Shown here: positions 9,770 to 19,511 of the stretch, in pieces
Numbering within the stretch: position 1 is the first letter of the stretch
Layout of the letters: every line of letters begins with the position of its first letter
Source of the DNA: Candidatus Latescibacterota bacterium
GTDB lineage: Bacteria; Latescibacterota; UBA2968
DNA: 64,000 bases
NCBI GenBank assembly: GCA_965222605.1
Contig: OZ244960.1
Location: forward strand, 4,544,001 to 4,608,000
Direction of reading: 5' to 3'
Position numbers and translations under genes: made by a program
The notes under the pieces: model-generated
Told to the model about the DNA's origin: nothing
Seen by the model: only the letters and a program-made list of their open reading frames with translations
Database searches by the model: none

Positions 9770-11263
9770 ATGGTTAATGGCAGGCCGCATATCATTTTTA
9801 TCATCACCGATCAGCAGCGCTTTGATACCATCCGCGCATGGGGATATGATTACATGATGACGCCTACGCTGGATCGGCTTGCGCGTGAGAGCGTGTCGTT
9901 TCGGCAGGCGTATTGTCCCGGTGCGACCTGTGTGGCGTCAAGGGCGGCGATTTTTACGGGTATGTACCCGCATACGACGGGTGTTTATAGTTTTGATCAC
10001 TGGGCAAATCACCGCAATTGGGTGCAGGATTTATCGGATGCGGGCTATTATTGCGTGAATATTGGCAAAATGCACTTGACGCCGCGCGATATCCCCGGTG
10101 GATTTCACGAGCGCGTTATTGTGGAAAATCCCACGAATAAGGCGCTGGACAGTGGCGGAGCCGATGACGATTGGGGTAAGTACATGACGTTTCACGGTGT
10201 GAAGCGGCCCAATGATCGCAATAAGTCAGATCCCGAATGGCTCAATAAATGTCAGGGGGTTGTGTGGCACGAAGAGGAGCGGTTTCACAGCGATGTGTTT
10301 ATCGGAAATTCCGCGTTGAACTGGATTCACAATCACCGGGGCGATAAACCGCTGTTTCTTCAGATCGGATTTACGGGACCTCATGAACCCTGGGATCCCT
10401 TGCCGAGGCATCTGAATTTGTATCGCGATCGAGAGATGCCGCCGTGTGTAAAGCGCGATGGGGAGTTGGAGGAGAAGCCACCGCAACATGCGACGCATCT
10501 GGAGATGCACGCGACGACGGATCACGAATCGCAAATCGATTTGCGCGGGCGCACAGATGATGAACTCGCCGAGATGAAGCGGCATTATTACGGGAATATT
10601 TCGACGGTTGATGAAAAGCTCGGCGAAATTCTGGATGCCCTGCAAGAACGGGAGTGGTTGGAGAATAGTTTGTTGATTTTTTGTTCCGATCACGGCGAGA
10701 TGCTGGGCGATCACGGGTTGGCTTATAAGTGGTTGATGTACGATCCGATTGTGCATATTCCGCTGATGATTCGCACGCCGCAATCTGTTGATCGGCCAGG
10801 CGAAACGCGCGATCTGGTATCGCTTATGGATTTGGGTCCGACAATTTTAGACGCTGCGGGGGTAGCTGTTCCGAGTTATTTGGAGGGCCGCTCTTTGATG
10901 CCGTATTTGAACGGGGAGACGCCCGTGCCGCGAAAATACGTTTTTTGCGAGGATAACTATCAGATTATGATGCGGTCACAGACCCATAAGATGGTGTATT
11001 ATATCGGGCAAGCAGAAGGCGAGTTGTACGATTTAGACCGCGATCCCGGAGAGTTGTGGAATATTTGGGATAAGTCTGAATACGCCGATGTGAAAGGCGA
11101 GATGTTCACAGATTTGCTCAGTTGGATGGCGACGAGCAATTATTATAATGCCGGATACAAACGCCAGCGCAGCAAACAATATCGCATGCGATGGCCCGGG
11201 GAAAACGACGCGTATTTGCACGGTCGCAAAGGACAGCCAAAACCCCGGATTGTCGATTTGTAG
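9770..11263 (+). CDS. Sulfatase (FGly-dependent)
   Basis: TDQQR, CVASR (CxAxR variant), GKMH, SDHGE. Confidence 0.92.
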   Translation: MVNGRPHIIFIITDQQRFDTIRAWGYDYMMTPTLDRLARESVSFRQAYCPGATCVASRAAIFTGMYPHTTGVYSFDHWANHRNWVQDLSDAGYYCVNIGKMHLTPRDIPGGFHERVIVENPTNKALDSGGADDDWGKYMTFHGVKRPNDRNKSDPEWLNKCQGVVWHEEERFHSDVFIGNSALNWIHNHRGDKPLFLQIGFTGPHEPWDPLPRHLNLYRDREMPPCVKRDGELEEKPPQHATHLEMHATTDHESQIDLRGRTDDELAEMKRHYYGNISTVDEKLGEILDALQEREWLENSLLIFCSDHGEMLGDHGLAYKWLMYDPIVHIPLMIRTPQSVDRPGETRDLVSLMDLGPTILDAAGVAVPSYLEGRSLMPYLNGETPVPRKYVFCEDNYQIMMRSQTHKMVYYIGQAEGELYDLDRDPGELWNIWDKSEYADVKGEMFTDLLSWMATSNYYNAGYKRQRSKQYRMRWPGENDAYLHGRKGQPKPRIVDL

Positions 11264-11292
11264 AGGAAATGGTCGAAGTATTCGTCAGGTGT

Positions 11293-11330
11293 AATACAAA
11301 AGCCCTCTTTAGCAGGAGGGCTTTTGTATT
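11293..11330. terminator. Bidirectional intrinsic terminator
   Basis: AATACAAAAGCCCTC-N8-GAGGGCTTTTGTATT, a perfect 15-bp IR between convergent genes. Confidence 0.8.
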
Positions 11331-11354
11331 TGATATTTTCGCGTGGGCTTTTGT

Positions 11355-12538
11355 TTAGACGGGAACGACTTGGCGCGTGTCTTCGATTTCGGCGTCGAGA
11401 TTGCCCGACAGGTCGTTGTTGTTGAGGTGAATGCGATCGGCTTTTTCGCCGATGTGGACACCTATGCGTTGAGTTGCTGTTTTATTATTGCCAATGCGAT
11501 TATTTGTGAAGGTGAGGTCGTGGGTTTCGCCCAGGATGCGCACGCCATATCCTTTATTTTTGTCGCCATTGTCGAGAATCTGATTGTTCTCAAAGGTGTT
11601 GCGATGTCCGCCCATGGGTTCGGATTCGTTGCGGAAGAGTATGCCTTCACAGCCGTTGCGCAATGAACGGGATTGTCGGTGTCTTTGTGACCTATGGAGA
11701 TGCCGGTGTCGCCATTGCCGATGAGGTCGTTGTTTTCAAAGATGCCGTGTTTGACGCGCCAGCAGAGGAAGAGACCAATGCGGCCGTTGTTTTCCGAGCG
11801 GCAGTTGCGAATGGTGGGGTGCTGGCTGCCACTGCCCGGGTGCAGGCCCAGGTGGGTATTGCCCGTGCAGGTGCAGTTTTCGACCGCGACGTGCTGGCTC
11901 TGCTGGAAGCTTATGCCATCGCCGTGATAATTTTTGATCGCGCAGTTTTGTATCGCTGTATGGTGCCCGCGGTAGAGGAATATGCCGGCGCCGCGGCAAC
12001 CGTTGAGGTGCGGATTGTTTTTGCGGTTGCCATCTACAGTTAGATTTTCGACCTGGGCATTTTCGATGTGGTAGCCGCTGATGACCGGAAAGGTAGTTGC
12101 AGCGCGCGCATTGCGGGAGATGAGATAATCGCCCCCCATGGGCACATTGACACCGAAGGTTTTGTTCTTTTGCCAGAGAATGGTGCCGACAGCGGTGTGA
12201 AATCCACCGCCGTGATCATCCGTGATGCTGACGCCATAGCCCCCTTTGAATCCATCGGGATTTTTGAGGGTGATCTGTTCTTCGCCAAAATCCCCGTCGA
12301 GAAGAAGTGGGGTCTCAACGCCATCTGCCTTCCACAATGTGGTATTTTCACCCTGTCCTCTGACTGTGATATTGCTGCGAAGATGCAGTGCGTCGCGCAT
12401 GATGTACGTGCCGGATAGGATTTCGACCGTGCCTCCGCCGAGTGTAGCGATGTAATCGACCGCTGCTTGCAACGCGCGGTTGTCATTGCCGATGATGTCG
12501 GCGTTTTTTTGTCCGACGGTGATTTGTAAGCCAGTCAT
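11355..12538 (-). pseudogene. Right-handed parallel beta-helix protein, frameshifted near 11665
   Basis: PbH repeats in 11462-12538 stop after GHKDTDN and resume in another frame (RNGCEGILFRNESEPMGGHRNTFENN, 11355-11663). Confidence 0.75.
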
Positions 12539-12553
12539 GGGAGCCTCCGTGGG

Positions 12554-13597
12554 TTATGCGATGCGAATTTCCCGCCCGGTTTCGCCACTTTCGAGCACGG
12601 CTTCCATCATTTGCTGTACTTGATATCCGTGGCGCAGGGGTGCTTCGCAGGTTTTGCCGTCGAGAATGCAGTCGATAAAGTGGCCCGCAATGCGGTCCCA
12701 GGCCTGGGTTGGGAGCGGAATATCGACGGCGATGTCGTGCGGGACGCCGTCCTGTGTTTTGAAGATTTTGAGCGGGCGGAATTGCGCGCCGGCTTCATCG
12801 CCAAAGAGTTCGATCTGGAGTTCGTTGGGTTGATGAGACGCCCAGAAACTTTCGACCTGGAGACCCGCGCCGTTTTCAAAGCGGATGAATCCGCCGGCAT
12901 AGTCGTCAGCGGCGTATTGTTCGTAGGTGCTGCGAGGGACTTGTCTAAAGCCCCAGTAGCCGCGTCCGCGCGGTCCAAATTTCGCGCCGCACACACCTGT
13001 GACGGTGGCGGGTTTGGGCATGCCGAGCAAGTACCACACGGCGTCGAGTACGTGGACGCCCATATCGCGGAAGGCGCCCCCGCCTTTTTGAATGAATCCG
13101 AGGTTCCACGCGGGGATGCCGCTTCGGCGCACGCTGCGGGCGCGGGCGTAGTAGAGGTCGCCAAAATAGCCTTCGCGTGCGAGGTTGCCGAGGTATTGGC
13201 ATTGGTCGGAAAATCGGGTGGAGAGCGACATCATGTTGACGACGCCAGATGCTTCGGCGGCTTCGACGAGTTTTTGCGCTGCCTGCTCAGAGTCCGAGAG
13301 CGGTTTGGTGACCATGACGTGTTTGTCGTTTTTGACGGCTTCGAGTGCGACGGGCACATGCCACTGGTTTGGGGTGCCTACAAATACCGCGTCGATGTCG
13401 GGGGCTTTGCACATTTCTTTGTAATCGGTGTAGAATTTTTGTTCGCCGGGCAATTCGCGGGCAAATTCTTCCATTCTTTCGGGTATCAAGTCGCATAGTG
13501 CGACGACTTCGCCGCGATCATTTTTCGCAAGGGCGCGGCCATTGGGTTTTCCAATGCCCATACCGACGACACATACGCGGACTTTTTTTTCTGGCAT
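12554..13597 (-). CDS. Gfo/Idh/MocA family oxidoreductase
   Basis: VVGMGIG, KHVMVTKP, GGGAFRDMGVH. Confidence 0.9.
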   Translation of the reverse strand: MPEKKVRVCVVGMGIGKPNGRALAKNDRGEVVALCDLIPERMEEFARELPGEQKFYTDYKEMCKAPDIDAVFVGTPNQWHVPVALEAVKNDKHVMVTKPLSDSEQAAQKLVEAAEASGVVNMMSLSTRFSDQCQYLGNLAREGYFGDLYYARARSVRRSGIPAWNLGFIQKGGGAFRDMGVHVLDAVWYLLGMPKPATVTGVCGAKFGPRGRGYWGFRQVPRSTYEQYAADDYAGGFIRFENGAGLQVESFWASHQPNELQIELFGDEAGAQFRPLKIFKTQDGVPHDIAVDIPLPTQAWDRIAGHFIDCILDGKTCEAPLRHGYQVQQMMEAVLESGETGREIRIA

Positions 13598-13702
13598 GAT
13601 GCACTCCTGTTGTTAAATTGGGTCAATTGTAAAAATGCGCCCTTTATTATGCAAAAAAAAGAGGGATTTACCAACAGAATTTCACGGAAAGGATATAATG
13701 TT

Positions 13703-14827
13703 ATGCTTACTATAGAAGGCTGTCGCAATCGGCAGCAGCGATTTCGAACGCGTCTCTCTGAGGAGGGGATTGACGCGGTTATTATTACAGACCCTCGGGA
13801 TATTTACTATTTGACCGGAGCGCTCTTATCGGCATATCCATCATTTTCTTTTCCCGCGCTTCTGTATTTGGAGATCGATGGGGGGGCGTGGCTGGCATCA
13901 ACGACCGATGAAGGGGATGTGGCTGTGGATGAGCGCGTGGTGTACGACTCGCATGTGCTCTATACGATGAATCCCGATCCGATGCGCTTGCTGAATGCGG
14001 CTGTGGCGCAAAAGCTCCGCGATTATCGGGGTATTTCTCGTTTGGGCTGGCAGCAGGAAGCTACGCCCAAGTTGCTCGCCGATACGGTGGCAGATGCTTT
14101 GGGCAGCACAGGGGTAGGTATAGACGATTTGCTGATTGCACAGCAGATGAAGAAGGATGCCGATGAAGTTGCGATGTTGCAAAAGGCGATTGATATTAAT
14201 CTGCGGGCTTATGATCGCGTGCAAGAAGTGATTGCGCCGGGTGTGAATGAGTTGGATGTGCTCGCGGCTGGGCAGCAGGTGGCACTGCATGCGGCAGGTG
14301 AGGTGCTTCACCACGGGGGCGATTACCAGTGCGGGCAATTGGGCGGGCCTGCCAGAGACAGGATTATTGAAGATGGGGAGTTGTATGTTATCGACGCGCA
14401 AACAGAATATCACGGGTACTGGTCCGATCTGTGCCGCACTTTTGCGGTGGGCGATCCCACAGATTTGCAGGCGTCTGTGTACGATCATTTGAAAGCTATT
14501 TTAGAGGATGTTCCCAATCTGGTAAGACCCGGTGGAAGGGGAACCGCACTGTGGCACGCGATTGATGAGAGAATCCGCGAGCATCCCCATTTGTCCGATA
14601 TTGGGCTGATTCATCACGCGGGGCACGGCGTGGGGATTCGCGCACACGAACCGCCCGATCTGAATCGAGATCGAGAGGGTATTTTTGAGGTGGGGACGGT
14701 TTTTTCCTGTGAGCCGGGTGCGTATAGCGAAGCATTGAACGGGGGTATCCGGTTGGAGAATACGTTTTTGGTGACCGAAGATGGCGTGCAAAATCTGACG
14801 GATTATCCGCTGGTGTTAAAGCGGTGA
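13703..14827 (+). CDS. M24 family (Xaa-Pro-like) aminopeptidase
   Basis: Metal ligands in IDAQ, YWSDLCRT, HHAGHGVGIRAHE, EPG and GIRLEN; likely start MLTIEG. Confidence 0.9.
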   Translation: MLTIEGCRNRQQRFRTRLSEEGIDAVIITDPRDIYYLTGALLSAYPSFSFPALLYLEIDGGAWLASTTDEGDVAVDERVVYDSHVLYTMNPDPMRLLNAAVAQKLRDYRGISRLGWQQEATPKLLADTVADALGSTGVGIDDLLIAQQMKKDADEVAMLQKAIDINLRAYDRVQEVIAPGVNELDVLAAGQQVALHAAGEVLHHGGDYQCGQLGGPARDRIIEDGELYVIDAQTEYHGYWSDLCRTFAVGDPTDLQASVYDHLKAILEDVPNLVRPGGRGTALWHAIDERIREHPHLSDIGLIHHAGHGVGIRAHEPPDLNRDREGIFEVGTVFSCEPGAYSEALNGGIRLENTFLVTEDGVQNLTDYPLVLKR

Positions 14828-14843
14828 TGCATGAGTCATCTAC

Positions 14844-15833
14844 TTAGAGCGGGATTACGTTGCCCGTGTCCGCGGCTTCGCGTGCACGCAGGCATAGGCG
14901 CGTGACTTTTATGGCTTCGTCGGGGCCGATGATGTGGGGTGCTTTGCCCGTGCGTTCTCCGTGGAGGTTGACGAGGAAATTTTCTTCGGGGGGCAGGGGC
15001 AGGTCGCGGGGGGCTTCGCCCGAGGGAATCAGATGTGTGCGGTCGTCGATGACTTCGATGACGCCTTCTGATCCGGCGATTCGGAGGCGGTCGTCGCCGT
15101 GGGTGGGTGCTGTTGAGGGGCGCAAATAATCGAGGTTGATCATTGCCGTGCCGCCATTGCTCAGGCGGAAGAGCATGCCGCCGTGGTCTTCGCAGCCGGG
15201 ATAGTCGGGATGGGCGAGGTTGCCGTGAAGCGCGGCGACTTGTGTATATTCTTGTCCGGTTGCCCAGCGCGTGTAATCGACGGCGTGGATTGCGACCCAG
15301 GGAATTGTGCCGCCATAGGTTTCTCGTTGTTTGAAAAAGTCTGGGCGGGTGCCAAAGCGATAGGATTTTTGCGCGGTTGCCAGAATGGGTTCGCCGATGA
15401 GGCCATCTTGCACAGCCTGGTGCGCTGCGCGGAATGCGGGCGATAGTCGCAGGCCAAACATGGCGGTGAGGCGAACACCGCTGTTTTTGACCGCTGCTTC
15501 AAGGGCGTCGAGATCTTCTAAGGTGGTTGCGACGGGTTTTTCGCTGACAATGTCAATTCCGCGTTTTGCAGCGGCTATTGAGGCTTCGGCATTGAGGGAA
15601 TACGGACGACAAATGCTGACGAGATCGATTTCTTCGGTGTCGAGCATGTGGCGATAGTCGTCATACAGGCGGGTGTGCGCGGTGAATGCCGCGTGTACTT
15701 TGATTTTGGCGAGGGTGTCGCCGGGGTGGCCTTTGGCGCAGGCGATGAGTTGTGCATCGGGGATGTGCGCGATGCCGTCGAGAACCATGTTCTGATGCCC
15801 GTCGCTGCCGATTTGTGCGATTTTTAGTGGCAT
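14844..15833 (-). CDS. Gfo/Idh/MocA family oxidoreductase
   Basis: N-terminal Rossmann-like region, IVSEKP, GGTIPWVAIH. Confidence 0.85.
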   Translation of the reverse strand: MPLKIAQIGSDGHQNMVLDGIAHIPDAQLIACAKGHPGDTLAKIKVHAAFTAHTRLYDDYRHMLDTEEIDLVSICRPYSLNAEASIAAAKRGIDIVSEKPVATTLEDLDALEAAVKNSGVRLTAMFGLRLSPAFRAAHQAVQDGLIGEPILATAQKSYRFGTRPDFFKQRETYGGTIPWVAIHAVDYTRWATGQEYTQVAALHGNLAHPDYPGCEDHGGMLFRLSNGGTAMINLDYLRPSTAPTHGDDRLRIAGSEGVIEVIDDRTHLIPSGEAPRDLPLPPEENFLVNLHGERTGKAPHIIGPDEAIKVTRLCLRAREAADTGNVIPL

Positions 15834-15941
15834 TTTGTCCCTTTCTGTCGGATATTTAAGTGACCCAAGGAAAATAAATCATGAACAGGGAAAATGAACA
15901 GGGAAAAATGGATAGGGTCTATCCACTAAACGGAGGAATAA

Positions 15942-17861
15942 ATGCTTTCGCAAAAGTATTCGGAAGACGTGTTAAAAGATATTTTGATTCCGCGGGATGA
16001 CTGGCGGCCTTTTCCCACGGCGTTGACGCGCTATGCGTGGGATGCGTTGCCAGACGCGGTTCGGCAGGCGCAAATTGCACGGGGAGAGGAACGTCTGAAT
16101 TTTGAATGGCCAGGCGTGCCTGCAGTGCGGTTTTTGGATTATGCGCGCAATGGCAATCGCTCGCGGTACGAGAGCCTGAGTTTTGCGCGGCGCACGGTGC
16201 TGTCCGACCTGGTTCTGGCAGAATGCGTGGAGGGAAAAGGCCGATTTTTGGATGATATTACCAATGGTATCTGGTGTATTTGCGAGGAATCTTTTTGGGG
16301 CGTGCCCGCGCATATTGGCGTGCAAAAGGCGGGTAGTGGTTTGCCGGATACGGCTGAGCCGATTGTCGATCTGTTTGCCGCGGAGACGTCGGAATTGTTG
16401 GCGTGGACGGTTTATTTGCTCGGCGCGCAACTCGACGCGGTTTCGCCTTTGATTGTGCCGCGCATTGCGCGTGAGATGCAATATCGCATTTTGACGCCTT
16501 TATTGGAGCGCGAAGATTTTGGCTGGATGGGGTATTCGGGTGCGCGCGTGAACAATTGGAATCCGTGGATTGTGTCGAATTGGTTGACTTCCACGTTGTT
16601 GATGGAAACCGATGACGCACGGCGGGTTGCTTCGGTGTTTAAGGCGATGCAGACGGTGGATCATTTTATCGATCCGTATCCGAAGGACGGGGGTTGTGAC
16701 GAGGGACCGGGCTATTGGGGACGTGCGGGGGCATCGCTTTACGATTGTTTGGAGTGGCTTTATAGCGCAACGGGTGGCGCGATTGATGTGTACGATGAAT
16801 CACTCGTTCAGAATATTGGCAAATTTATCTATCGGGTGCAAATTGCGGATCGATATTTTATCAATTTTGCCGATGCGTCGCCTGTGGTGATGCCGGCTTT
16901 TGCGGTTGTCTATGGCTATGGCAAGCGCATTGGGGATGACGCAATGATGGCTCTCGGCGCGTGGTCTGCAAAACAACAGGGTGCAGCCGAGAAGGGTATT
17001 TCGGAGTCTTTTGGGAGCATGGGGCGGGCGTTGCCCGCGCTGTTTTCGCTGAATGAAATTCTCGATGCAGAAGTTGTGCAGCCGTTGCCGCGCGATGTGT
17101 TTTTGGATGAGATTGAGGTGTTTGTCGCACGCGATCAAGGCGGATCGGCAGATGGATTTTTTGTGGGGGCAAAGGGCGGGCACAATGCCGAGAGTCACAA
17201 TCACAATGACATCGGGCATGTGGTGGTTTATTTAGATGGCAAGCCCGTGCTTGTGGATGCGGGGGTCGAGACTTATACGGCGAAGACGTTTAGCAGTACG
17301 CGATATGATATTTGGACGATGCAATCGCAATATCACACGTTGCCGACGGTGAATGGACAGATGCAGATTCCCGGGCGGGTTTATTCCGAGGGGGGGATTG
17401 ATTATCACTACGAGATTGCGGCTCGGGATGTGTCGTATGCGGCGAGCGAGGCGGATGCGACGTTTACACTGGATCTGGCACAAGCCTATCCGCCAGAGGC
17501 TCAGATTGATTCGTGGATGAGGACGGTTGTTTTGCGTCGCGGCGAGGGTGTGACGATTGCAGATCGATATGCGTTGAAAGCTGTGACGGGCGATGTTGTG
17601 ATGAATGTGTTGACGGCGTGTGGTGCTGAAGATCGCGGCGATGGCACAATCGCATTGAATGAGGTTGAATTGACGGATGGACGCATGTCGGGTGCGGCGC
17701 GTTTGCACTACGATGCGGATGCGTTCGATGTGGCGATTGAGGATATCGCGATTGAAGATGCGCAGTTGAAGACGGTTTGGGGCGGTCTGTTGAGGAGAAT
17801 TACGCTGACGGTTAAAAATCCCGAGCCGCAGGGCGGATGGACGATTCGGGTGACGCGGTGA
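15942..17861 (+). CDS. Heparinase II/III family protein (polysaccharide lyase-like)
   Basis: NNWNPW, DGGCDEGPGYW, KGGHNAESHNHND, QSQYH. Confidence 0.88.
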   Translation: MLSQKYSEDVLKDILIPRDDWRPFPTALTRYAWDALPDAVRQAQIARGEERLNFEWPGVPAVRFLDYARNGNRSRYESLSFARRTVLSDLVLAECVEGKGRFLDDITNGIWCICEESFWGVPAHIGVQKAGSGLPDTAEPIVDLFAAETSELLAWTVYLLGAQLDAVSPLIVPRIAREMQYRILTPLLEREDFGWMGYSGARVNNWNPWIVSNWLTSTLLMETDDARRVASVFKAMQTVDHFIDPYPKDGGCDEGPGYWGRAGASLYDCLEWLYSATGGAIDVYDESLVQNIGKFIYRVQIADRYFINFADASPVVMPAFAVVYGYGKRIGDDAMMALGAWSAKQQGAAEKGISESFGSMGRALPALFSLNEILDAEVVQPLPRDVFLDEIEVFVARDQGGSADGFFVGAKGGHNAESHNHNDIGHVVVYLDGKPVLVDAGVETYTAKTFSSTRYDIWTMQSQYHTLPTVNGQMQIPGRVYSEGGIDYHYEIAARDVSYAASEADATFTLDLAQAYPPEAQIDSWMRTVVLRRGEGVTIADRYALKAVTGDVVMNVLTACGAEDRGDGTIALNEVELTDGRMSGAARLHYDADAFDVAIEDIAIEDAQLKTVWGGLLRRITLTVKNPEPQGGWTIRVTR

Positions 17862-17873
17862 TGTTGAATTTTT

Positions 17874-19437
17874 GTAACTATTTAGGTTGTTGCGTTTAGG
17901 GTTATAAAAGTCTATCCTATGTCTGAGTGAGTGATTTATGTTTTGTTTAATGAAAGGATGTGGAATTGCGTCGTCCAGAAGATATTGTTGGCCTTCATCA
18001 CCTCATAGATGAGTTATTAAGTCGCATTGAGCACTTGGAAGCAGGGCATGAGTGCTTAAGTCTTGAGACTGAGCAATTACGCGAAGAGAACGTGCAATTA
18101 CGCGAAGAAAATGCCCGCCTCAAGCGGCAAGTAGGTCAAGATAGCCAGAATAGCCATCGTCCCCCATCCAGCGAGGGATATCGCAAAAAGCCAGCCTTTC
18201 CCAAGTCGAGTCAGAAGCGTCGGCGCGGTGGTCTGCGCGGTCATAAGGGTCAAACGTTGTCGCAGGTTGAGACGCCTGATGTGGTGGTTCCCCTGCGGGT
18301 TGAAAAGTGTTCTTGCGGTCAGGATTTGTCCACCGCTGCCCAAAGTCTGCTTGCGCGTCGCCAATGCTTTGATCTGCCAGAGCCTCGTATGGTGGTGACC
18401 GAATATCAGACCTTTGGGTGTTCTTGTTCGCGCTGTGGCGCCTATCACACTTCTCGCTTTCCACCTCCTATCTCTGCGCCGGTGCAATATGGGTCGCGTG
18501 TTCGTGCCTTATCCTGTCTGCTCAATGTGGACTATCGGCTTCCGTTCAAGAAAATCAAGCATCTGTTTGAAGACCTGTTTGGGCATGGCATCAATGAAAG
18601 CACGCAACAGGATGCCTTGGACTTGGCCTATCGGGGCTTAGAAAAGACCGAATCGGTGATTAAGAAACGGCTGATGGCAAGTCCGGTGGCGCATTTTGAT
18701 GAGACCGGACTGAGGGTAGCAGGCCGCCTGCACTGGCTGCATGTCTCAAGCACAGGACACGAGACACATTTGTTCGTGCATCAAAAACGGGGACGTGAGG
18801 CGTTGCAAGGAGCCGATTCGGTGCTTAACACCTTCCCCGGTTGGGCCGTCCACGATAGCTATGCGAGCTATTTCACCTCTTGGCCTTGTCGCCATAGTCT
18901 TTGCGGTGCACATCTCCTGCGCGAACTCACCGATGCCTATGAGAATGGGAGCCGATGGGCCAAGCACATGCACCGCTTCCTCTTAGCCCTTTATCGCATG
19001 AGTGTGCAAGGCACAACCAATCTGCCCGAAGCGAAGCAGCCCAAAGCCCGCCAAATCTATCAACGTCTGCTCCTTTATGCCCAAAAGAAGGAACCGCCAC
19101 CTGTCAAGAAGACTGGCAAGAAGGGACGGGCAAAAGGTAGTCGTGCCTATAACTTACTCCAACGGCTCATCACACATCAAGACGCGGTATTGGCCTTTGC
19201 CTTTCACCATGCTGTCCCGTTCACCAATAATCAAGCCGAACGAGACTTGCGCCCGGCAAAAGTCAAACAGAAAGTCGCCACATGCTTTCGCACCTTGGCA
19301 GGGGCCAAGAGATATGCACGCCTCCAAGCCTTCCTCTCAACCTTGAGAAAACAGCGCATCCCTGTCTTGAAAGAACTTGCACTGGTCTTGAAAGAACACA
19401 ACTATACCCTTGATTACTCACATACCTAAATAGTTAC
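17874..19437 (+). mobile_element. IS66-family insertion sequence (single-ORF type)
   Basis: Perfect 14-bp IRs GTAACTATTTAGGT (17874-17887 and 19424-19437); 8-bp TSD GAATTTTT (17866-17873 and 19438-19445). Confidence 0.95.
17960..19429 (+). CDS. IS66-family DDE transposase
   Basis: Coiled coil, NSHRPPSS, Zn ribbon, HFDETG, VHD, CGAHLLREL, TNNQAERDLR. Confidence 0.95.
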   Translation: MELRRPEDIVGLHHLIDELLSRIEHLEAGHECLSLETEQLREENVQLREENARLKRQVGQDSQNSHRPPSSEGYRKKPAFPKSSQKRRRGGLRGHKGQTLSQVETPDVVVPLRVEKCSCGQDLSTAAQSLLARRQCFDLPEPRMVVTEYQTFGCSCSRCGAYHTSRFPPPISAPVQYGSRVRALSCLLNVDYRLPFKKIKHLFEDLFGHGINESTQQDALDLAYRGLEKTESVIKKRLMASPVAHFDETGLRVAGRLHWLHVSSTGHETHLFVHQKRGREALQGADSVLNTFPGWAVHDSYASYFTSWPCRHSLCGAHLLRELTDAYENGSRWAKHMHRFLLALYRMSVQGTTNLPEAKQPKARQIYQRLLLYAQKKEPPPVKKTGKKGRAKGSRAYNLLQRLITHQDAVLAFAFHHAVPFTNNQAERDLRPAKVKQKVATCFRTLAGAKRYARLQAFLSTLRKQRIPVLKELALVLKEHNYTLDYSHT

Positions 19438-19451
19438 GAATTTTTAAAAGT

Positions 19452-19490
19452 AAAAAAAGGAGCAAGGTTATACGGCCTTGCTCCTTTTTT
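19452..19490. terminator. Bidirectional intrinsic terminator
   Basis: AAAAAAGGAGCAAGG-loop-CCTTGCTCCTTTTTT between convergent units. Confidence 0.8.
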
Positions 19491-19511
19491 GTTATTGGAT
19501 GGGTTTTTGGA

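Noticed and set aside
18073-18113. 21-bp tandem repeat in the IS66 ORF
   Set aside because: Encodes ordinary coiled-coil heptads (QLREEN).
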